From Pseudomonadota bacterium (lineage in GTDB: Bacteria; Pseudomonadota; Alphaproteobacteria; Paracaedibacterales; CAITNM01), in the NCBI GenBank assembly GCA_018062345.1, contig JAGOSL010000001.1, forward strand, positions 39,245-103,244: a stretch of DNA of 64,000 nucleotides, in the 5' to 3' direction. The translations under genes and the position numbers were made by a program. Within the stretch, counting starts at the first letter, position 1. Each line of letters begins with the position of its first letter. The notes under the pieces were generated by a model, which did not search any database, was not told the origin of the DNA, and saw nothing but the letters and a program-made list of their open reading frames with translations. This document shows, piece by piece, positions 57,639 through 64,000 of this stretch.

Positions 57639-58376
57639 TTAATGCAAGTTAATTGCATCATTAATATATAAACATGTTAGCAACGTAAATACATAAGTTT
57701 GTAACACTGCTACTAGGAACTCTAGTCCTACCATGCCGATGTTCAATAATAATGGAACAACACCTAGAACAGCAAGTGGAGACTCAACGAGCATTGCTGA
57801 GAAGCTTGCAAAGAGTTTGAGTATAAGGTGTCCGGCCATCATATTAGCAAATAATCGAATAGCTAGACTAAAGGGCCTTGCAAGGTAAGATATTAATTCG
57901 ATTACTATCATCAGCGGTGCCAAAAATATTGGCATGCCCTTGGGTAAAAAAAGATGAAATAATTTTAGGCCGTTTTTTTTAAACCCAGCTACGTTTGCAA
58001 TTATAAAGGCTGCAATTGCTAAAGTGAAAGTGACTGCAAGGTGGCTGGTGTAAGTGAAACTAGAAGGAATTAACCCTAATAGATTTCCGACTAGGATGAA
58101 CCAAAAAAGCGTAAAAATAAATGGAAAAAAAACTGTACCTTCTTTGCCTATGTATGTTTTTACTGTGTCTGATAAAAACGTAAAAATAAGCTCAGCACTG
58201 GCTTGTAAGCGACTGGGTATAACAGCTTCTCTTCTTAGAGAGGCATAGAAAAAAATACAAAGAACTCCTAACCCGATCGTCATCCAAAGAGCGGAATTTG
58301 TGTAAGAAATATCCCAAACACCAAGAGATAGAGGGATTATTTTTGTGATCTGAAATTGATGCAGAGGATCAAGCAT
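57639..58376 (-). CDS. atpB: F0F1 ATP synthase subunit a
   Basis: ...LSLAIRLFANMMAGHL... conserved Arg motif. Confidence 0.9.
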   Translation of the reverse strand: MLDPLHQFQITKIIPLSLGVWDISYTNSALWMTIGLGVLCIFFYASLRREAVIPSRLQASAELIFTFLSDTVKTYIGKEGTVFFPFIFTLFWFILVGNLLGLIPSSFTYTSHLAVTFTLAIAAFIIANVAGFKKNGLKLFHLFLPKGMPIFLAPLMIVIELISYLARPFSLAIRLFANMMAGHLILKLFASFSAMLVESPLAVLGVVPLLLNIGMVGLEFLVAVLQTYVFTLLTCLYINDAINLH

Positions 58377-58575
58377 CTGGCTCCTTTGGAATGCTTATTT
58401 TTGCTAGGGACAACCAACCCAGATACCCCCCAAAGCCTATGAAAAAAATCATAAACCAGGGAGAAGTTTCTGTAAATTTGTCTATATAATAGCCTATTAT
58501 TGTGAAAAAAGCGATGCGTGCTACAAATCGCAAACATAAACTAAAAGAAAGAGCAAAAAATGTACCAAAAGACAT
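58369..58575 (-). CDS. atpI: AtpZ/AtpI-family small membrane protein
   Basis: 68 aa, two TM helices, first gene of the F0 operon, overlaps atpB by 8 nt. Confidence 0.55.
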   Translation of the reverse strand: MSFGTFFALSFSLCLRFVARIAFFTIIGYYIDKFTETSPWFMIFFIGFGGYLGWLSLAKISIPKEPDA

Positions 58576-58581
58576 TTGAGG

Positions 58582-59790
58582 CTAAGCCTTATTTCTTTTT
58601 AGCTGAATGATAAATCCTATTGCTGCTACAAACAAGCAAATAGGAATAACGCTTAGTCCGTATTGGTACTGTTCATGGCTGAAGTTTCCACCTGGTTGGT
58701 GGTTGCCCATTGTGATGCCAATTATGCTATGAAAAAAGTATCCAAATGTCATAATAATCATGTTAGCTAACGCGGTGGTTATGCTTACGTGACGTTCCCG
58801 CACATATGTACTGGCTACATAAATAACAATAATTTGGTAAGCGCATGCTACACCCACGGCCGTGAATAATGCCGATAATATTTCAGGGGTGCCGAAGCCA
58901 TATAGCATCATTACAAATACTGCTCCCATGAATAAACCTGCGCAGATAATAATTTTTATATGAGCATTTAGGCGGTCTGCTATGTAGGTAAGGCCAGGTG
59001 CGCCGAATAACATGCCTAAAAACATTAAGGATGAGATACCTGCTGCTTTCGCTGGAGCTATTTGATAAACGCTTTGCAGAAAACCAGCCCCCCAAACATC
59101 AGCGAAGCCTTCCAAAGGTCCAAGCATTAGGCCCCCACAAATACAAACTATAAGAACATTTTTGTTTTTAAGTACTTGAATAATGTCATCTAGAATGTTG
59201 TGAGTTGAAATAATTGGCTTATATTTGGAGGGGATGACCACGTATGCTAATACAGCAAGAAAGCTACCGATCCAGCAAAAATATAAAATAATAGTTTGCC
59301 AATGGGTGGTTTCAAGCAAGGTCTTAACCGGAAGTCCACCGTATAAGGCCCCCACAAGGCCAACTGTTACAGAAAGCCCAAGCATTCTATTAAAATGTGA
59401 TTCTGGGAACCCAAGGCGTATGACTCTGAATACGCCTAAAATTGCGCCCGATGAACCTATACCCATGATAAATCGCCCAATATTGGCAGCAACGATGGTG
59501 TCACTAATGAGTAAGGGGATAATGCCAGCAACTGTTGCTAGAATACAAATAGGAAGTATAAATTTAGGATTTTTGCGATCTAGCCAGATTGCTAAAGGAA
59601 TATGAGTTAACGTGTAACCTAAATAATATAGGCCGGCAAACTGACCAAATTCCATGGCATTGGTGTTAAAATGCGTTAGAAGATCTGGCATAATGACATT
59701 TGGAAGAACTCTTAAAACGTACTGATAAGCATAAAACAATGAAGCCACGGCCCACATAGACCAGGCTTGATAGGGGGATAAAGACAACAT
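58582..59790 (-). CDS. MFS transporter
   Basis: 12-TM layout. Paralogous to 60732-61976 (LRVLPNVIMPDLLTHFNTNAMEFGQFAGLYYLGY versus LRLWPSLMMQQIMQQFQIDATGFGVLASVYYYGY). Confidence 0.7.
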   Translation of the reverse strand: MLSLSPYQAWSMWAVASLFYAYQYVLRVLPNVIMPDLLTHFNTNAMEFGQFAGLYYLGYTLTHIPLAIWLDRKNPKFILPICILATVAGIIPLLISDTIVAANIGRFIMGIGSSGAILGVFRVIRLGFPESHFNRMLGLSVTVGLVGALYGGLPVKTLLETTHWQTIILYFCWIGSFLAVLAYVVIPSKYKPIISTHNILDDIIQVLKNKNVLIVCICGGLMLGPLEGFADVWGAGFLQSVYQIAPAKAAGISSLMFLGMLFGAPGLTYIADRLNAHIKIIICAGLFMGAVFVMMLYGFGTPEILSALFTAVGVACAYQIIVIYVASTYVRERHVSITTALANMIIMTFGYFFHSIIGITMGNHQPGGNFSHEQYQYGLSVIPICLFVAAIGFIIQLKRNKA

Positions 59791-60163
59791 ATTAAATCTC
59801 TTGATTTTTCGAGTTAAAATAATTTTAAATTAAAAGTTTTGGGTACAGTCATCTATCGCAGCACTAGCTGCGCAGGGTTAGGTCTAGGAGGGATGAATAT
59901 TTTCTATGCATACTGGCGATTCTACCAGAAAAAGTAGTGCTGTCAATGGTTTATGGGCTGTATTGGGTATCTATTGCTTTGGAGTTTTTTATGTTCATAT
60001 GTCTATATTCGAGGTGTTTAGTAGGAAGCCTTTATGTATATGATTTTTACTTACAAATCAGGGTTGTTTTAAATAATGAAAGTAGTTTTAGGGAGTAGCA
60101 TTAAGTGCATTGATTCATGTGACTGTTGGTCTTGTGGTGTTTATTTTTTGGAGGGACTGGGTT

Positions 60164-60532
60164 ATGCAAATTTTTGAAAAAATTTTGAATGATTATAAAA
60201 AATCAGTAAGTATCGGTTTTCATTGGACTAACGAGCAAGAAATCATTGAGCAAATTCATTCAGAGCTTGAAGAAGTAAAAATAGAATTGCAAAAAGGAGA
60301 TAAAAATGCCCTTCAAGACGAATTGGGGGATGTATTGCATGCTTGGGCTACACTTGTTGATTTGTGTGGAGTTGACTTGCATGAGACAATAGAGTTGGCA
60401 GGCAAGAAATTTGAAAAGCGTTTTGCTGCGCTAGAAGCAGTGATTGCGGAAGAAAATATTCGTGATTTCAAAAACCTTTCTCGTGAGCAAAAGTTACTTT
60501 TTTGGAAAAAGGCAAAACAAAAATCGGGGTGA
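60164..60532 (+). CDS. MazG-like nucleotide pyrophosphohydrolase domain protein
   Basis: ...IHSELEEVKIELQKGDKNALQDELGDVLH... (ExxE...ExxD MazG motif). Start moved to MQIFEKILN... Confidence 0.6.
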   Translation: MQIFEKILNDYKKSVSIGFHWTNEQEIIEQIHSELEEVKIELQKGDKNALQDELGDVLHAWATLVDLCGVDLHETIELAGKKFEKRFAALEAVIAEENIRDFKNLSREQKLLFWKKAKQKSG

Positions 60533-60731
60533 TTAATTGCTAAATTTAAAAAATACTGTAGAATGAAATACGTATTAAATCTTAGGTTAAAAAAGGAAAA
60601 TGTTGGTTTGTAAATTTAAAGCCATCGTTACTATTTTCAATATTATTAGCGGATAGCCCCGCTAGTATACTTCTTCATATTCTCATATTTTTAAAAATCA
60701 AAATTAGTCTTTCAAATTCTTGAGGTTTACT

Positions 60732-61976
60732 ATGTCTAGAAAAATTTTACCGTATGCGATGTGGGCATTTCCATTATCGTTTTTTACGTATCAATTCATT
60801 TTGCGTCTGTGGCCCAGTTTAATGATGCAGCAAATCATGCAGCAATTTCAAATTGATGCTACTGGGTTCGGGGTGTTAGCTTCTGTTTATTACTATGGTT
60901 ATGCTGGTATGCAGTTGCCTATAGCTATACTTCTAGAGCGTTTTGGCGCGCGTTACATCGTTTGCATTTGTGCTGTTTTGTGTGGGCTTGCAACGCTTTG
61001 GTTTACCTATACTGATAATTGGGTATTTGCGTTATTAAGCAGATTTCTTATAGGCGCTGGTTCAGCTGCAGGCTTTTTAGCAACATCAAAAGTGATTTCG
61101 GGTTGGTTTGGTCCAAAATATTATGCACGTATGGTTGGATTTTCATTTACTGTTGGGTTACTTGGGGCTATTTACGGGGGAAAGCCTGTTAGTTTGCTTG
61201 TGGAAAGTTTCGGCTGGCAAGATGTTGCTTTTGTTTTGGCTTTGGTCAGTATTAGTATTGGTTTACTGACATTGTTATTCTTAAAAAATAGCGAATTGTT
61301 TAATAAAAATAGCCAGTCATCACTGAGTTTTAAAGATTTACGAAAATTACTAAGTGCCCCAACAATTTGGTTTTTAGCAATTGCTAACCTATTGATGGTA
61401 GGACCTTTAGAAGGATTTGCTGATGTTTGGGGAGTTAATTATTTAATACAGGCTATTGCGGTGAATAAATCTGATGCAGCAGGTTTTGTTTCATATATTT
61501 TTGTAGGTATGCTGTTTGGTGGCCCATTACTAGCTGCCTGGGCAAAGCGCGTTAGCAATTATTCTGTTATTGCATTTTGCAGTGCGGGAATGGTGTTGGC
61601 ATTTTTGTGGTTACTGTATGCCCACACATTTTTAAACACATATACTCTTTCAGCTATATTTTTTGTTGTAGGTATTTTGTGTTGTTACCAGGTGTTAGTT
61701 TTTGCAAGTGGAAGTGAACTGGTAGCACCAGCTATGCTGGGTATTACAATTGCATTTTTAAATTGCATAAATATGTTAGGTGGATCATTTTTTCATAGCA
61801 CAATAGGCTGGGCAATGGATCAATTTTGGGCAGGAGAGTTGCTTGATGGAATTCGTGTTTACACAGTGTCATCATATCAAAAATCATTGCTGATTATTCC
61901 TATTGCTGCTGCAGTGGGTGGTGTGATTGTTATTATTCTTGGTGCAAAAAGGTCTAAAAATAATATAGTGAATTAA
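60732..61976 (+). CDS. MFS transporter (paralog of 58582-59790)
   Basis: 12-TM layout. Start at MSRKILPYAMWAF. Confidence 0.7.
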   Translation: MSRKILPYAMWAFPLSFFTYQFILRLWPSLMMQQIMQQFQIDATGFGVLASVYYYGYAGMQLPIAILLERFGARYIVCICAVLCGLATLWFTYTDNWVFALLSRFLIGAGSAAGFLATSKVISGWFGPKYYARMVGFSFTVGLLGAIYGGKPVSLLVESFGWQDVAFVLALVSISIGLLTLLFLKNSELFNKNSQSSLSFKDLRKLLSAPTIWFLAIANLLMVGPLEGFADVWGVNYLIQAIAVNKSDAAGFVSYIFVGMLFGGPLLAAWAKRVSNYSVIAFCSAGMVLAFLWLLYAHTFLNTYTLSAIFFVVGILCCYQVLVFASGSELVAPAMLGITIAFLNCINMLGGSFFHSTIGWAMDQFWAGELLDGIRVYTVSSYQKSLLIIPIAAAVGGVIVIILGAKRSKNNIVN

Positions 61977-61992
61977 TTGATGATAGAAAGAC

Positions 61993-62036
61993 GCATCATA
62001 TAAAATAAATTGTGTTTATATGATGCAAATTTTTTA
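61993..62036. terminator. Bidirectional terminator hairpin
   Basis: GCATCATATAAA-N10-TTTATATGATGC, a perfect 12-bp stem, then AAATTTTTT. Lies between the convergent MFS gene and glyA. Confidence 0.65.
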
Positions 62037-62040
62037 ATGA

Positions 62041-63296
62041 CTACGCAAGATTTTCATAAATTGGAAAACGTTTACATAAAGAAATTGCTTGAGTTTTCAC
62101 ATTGTCAATCACGCTTTGTGAATTTCCTTGTGCTACGGATTTTAAAACGCTTAGCATCATACGGCCGACTTCTCGGAATTCTTCTTCTTTGAAGCCACGT
62201 GTTGTGCAGGCAGGTGTGCCTACGCGAATACCGCTGGTAATCATTGGTGGCTGGGGATCTTTTGGAATGCCATTTTTATTGCAGGCTATATGCGCGTGCT
62301 CTAGTGCATCGGCTGCATCTTTTCCGGTAACGCCGATTGGGCGTAGATCAAGCAATAGCATGTGACAGTCAGTGCCATCAGTCAAAAGCTTAATACCGCC
62401 TTCATGTAAAACTTCACCCAGTGCCTTGGCATTTTTTACAACTTGGAAAGCATAATCTTTAAATTCTGGTTGTAATGCTTCACCAAAGGCCACTGCTTTT
62501 CCAGCAATCGCGTGCATCAGCGGACCGCCTTGAAGGCCAGGGAAAACAGCACTATTAATCTTTTTTGCTATGTTTTCGTGATTAGTAAGGATAATGCCGC
62601 CGCGTGTTCCACGTAATGTTTTGTGTGTGGTTGATGTGACAACATCTGCAAAAGGAATGGGAGTTGGGTATACGCCGCCCGCAATTAAACCTGCGTAGTG
62701 GGCCATATCAACCATAAGATATGCATCAACTTTTTTTGCTATTTTTTTAAAGCGATGAAAATCAATAAATCTAGGGTAGGCGGAAGCACCAGCAATAATA
62801 AGTTTAGGTTTGTGTTCTAGGGCTAAAGCTTCAACGACATCGTAGTCAATCATATGGGTCGAGTCATCAACGCCGTAAGAGACAATGTTAAACCATTTTC
62901 CTGACATGTTGACTTTGCAGCCATGCGTTAAATGGCCGCCTGCACTTAGGTCCATGCCTAGAACAGTATCACCGGGATTTAAAAGAGCTAAGAAAACAGC
63001 CTGGTTTGCCTGAGCACCAGAATGAGGCTGCACATTAGCATACTGTGCTCCGAATAGACGTTTTAGTCGTTCAATAGCAATTGTTTCAATTTCATCAACA
63101 TATTCGCAGCCATGATAATAGCGCTTGCCGGGGTACCCTTCAGCATACTTATTTGTAAGTATTGATCCCTGTGCTTTAAGCACCGCCTGACTTACAATAT
63201 TTTCCGAAGCGATTAATTCTATTTGATTTTGCTGACGAAATAATTCGTTGTTTATTGCGCCAAAGATTTCTGTGTCGTTAAAATGTATGAAAGCAT
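62041..63296 (-). CDS. glyA: Serine hydroxymethyltransferase, apparent frameshift near the 5' end
   Basis: Track ORF starts at GTG 63183 inside the conserved ...[36 protein letters not shown]... The same frame stays open upstream to 63306 ([28 protein letters not shown]) with no start codon. The only ATG (63296-63294) is in another frame. Confidence 0.85.
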
Positions 63297-63318
63297 CACC
63301 TAAAAATTAAATGTTTAG

Positions 63319-63393
63319 TGGTGCCGCTGGAGAGAATCGAACTCTCGACCCCACCCTTACCAAGGGTGTGCTCTACCACTGAGCCACAACGGC
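63319..63393 (-). tRNA. tRNA-Thr (anticodon GGU), CCA encoded
   Basis: Manual cloverleaf: GCCGTTG TG GCTC AGTGGTA GAGC A CACCC TTGGTAA GGGTG GGGTC GAGAG TTCGATT CTCTC CAGCGGC A CCA. 7-bp acceptor stem with one G-T pair, GTTCGATT T-loop. Confidence 0.9.
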
Positions 63394-63456
63394 GCTTTAA
63401 TATTTATATCGTGTGGTCTAGCTTTTGGCAATGGGATGGGGTGAAATATTGAATTA

Positions 63457-63951
63457 CTAGGGATGATATGGATTATGACTATTTGCAAAGGCTGCAAGCT
63501 GATCTTTTACATCTTTATTATAGTAAGTAACCTGGTGGATTATCCAATTAATAGGGCCTTCAAAGTCTTCCACTTCTTCTTCTATTGCAGCATTATTGTT
63601 GCGATATTTTGTGAGTTTTTCAAAAAAATCATTTCGAAGCTGTATAAGAGCTGTGTTTTGGGTATTCGCGACAGCAGCAATATCTGGGTTTGCTGCAGTG
63701 ATGCTTGAGACATATTCTTGTTGTTCAAAAAGATCGTTAAGAATTTCATCAATGTCATAAGGTGCATTTGGATCGCCTCCTATCCTTAAATCAAAGTGAT
63801 TAATCTTAAAATTTTGATATGTATAGCGGGTTAATTGGGCTTCGCCTTCTTTTTGTTCTATTGATAAACAGTTGGTACGCTCCATGCATGCTAATGGACT
63901 CATTTGGCTAGTTGCGATTGCTATGCCTAGAAGTAATGTTTTTGTTTTCAT
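63457..63951 (-). CDS. Hypothetical secreted protein
   Basis: Signal-like MKTKTLLLGIAIATSQMSPLA. No motif recognised. Confidence 0.45.
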   Translation of the reverse strand: MKTKTLLLGIAIATSQMSPLACMERTNCLSIEQKEGEAQLTRYTYQNFKINHFDLRIGGDPNAPYDIDEILNDLFEQQEYVSSITAANPDIAAVANTQNTALIQLRNDFFEKLTKYRNNNAAIEEEVEDFEGPINWIIHQVTYYNKDVKDQLAAFANSHNPYHP

Positions 63952-64000
63952 AAAAAATCTTTAAAAATTAATAATGCATTTAATAAGCAAATTTATAAAT

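Noticed and set aside
59946-60098. 50-codon hydrophobic ORF (MVYGLYWVSIALEFFMFICLY...) in the long MFS/MazG spacer
   Set aside because: It has no SD, is AT-rich, and a chance ORF of this length is expected. There is no support beyond hydrophobicity.
63319-63951. Integrative element at tRNA-Thr
   Set aside because: There is no integrase, no duplicated tRNA 3' end and no att-like repeat within the window. The adjacent orphan alone is insufficient.

Overview
The window reads as chromosomal DNA from an AT-rich alphaproteobacterium. The lineage markers I recognise are a CtrA-type response regulator, petABC, a separate F0 operon (atpI/Z-atpB-atpE-b'-b), a DUF4167 protein and a short L36. All calls come from motif recognition in the supplied translations plus my own translation of gaps. 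No database search was possible.

Most of the roughly 60 genes are housekeeping: greA, dapA, tgt, rpmB, rpmJ, petABC, rplM-rpsI, clpB, alr, ettA, lptD, dnaE, potFGHI-like, hslVU, murF, glyA and one tRNA-Thr(GGU).

Features I added that are missing from the ORF track:
- an edge-truncated DabA (DUF2309) gene at 1-831, which pairs with the NuoL-like gene at 839-2188 as a DabB-DabA inorganic-carbon pump under a divergent LysR regulator
- rpmJ (L36) at 17621-17746
- tRNA-Thr at 63319-63393
- a RelE/ParE toxin pseudogene with an in-frame TAG at 15986-16270
- a truncated MNT remnant at 30876-31043
- the 5' fragment of a frameshifted nucleotidyltransferase at 31532-31690

The most unusual items are:
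1. Five exact-period 111-bp tandem repeats between tgt and ctrA. Each carries two overlapping, mutually exclusive palindromes, and the array stays open in frame on both strands.
2. A 600-bp RelB/RelE-like cassette flanked by a 34/35-bp duplication of the 3' end of the ferredoxin-NADP reductase gene.
3. A decayed MNT/HEPN islet in which the HEPN gene is the only intact member.
4. glyA has no in-frame start codon; adding one T to a T4 run restores it.
5. A signal-peptide protein with a long, eukaryote-like Q/G/Y/P-rich repeat tail.
6. Three 23-bp-phased direct repeats upstream of a DUF4143 AAA ATPase.

Several secreted orphan proteins and three or four disrupted genes suggest a host-associated, partly decaying genome. 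That reading is inference only. I found no CRISPR array, transposase, integrase or rRNA. I cannot point to a complete multi-gene novel system with confidence, and the 111-bp array is the best candidate for something undescribed.
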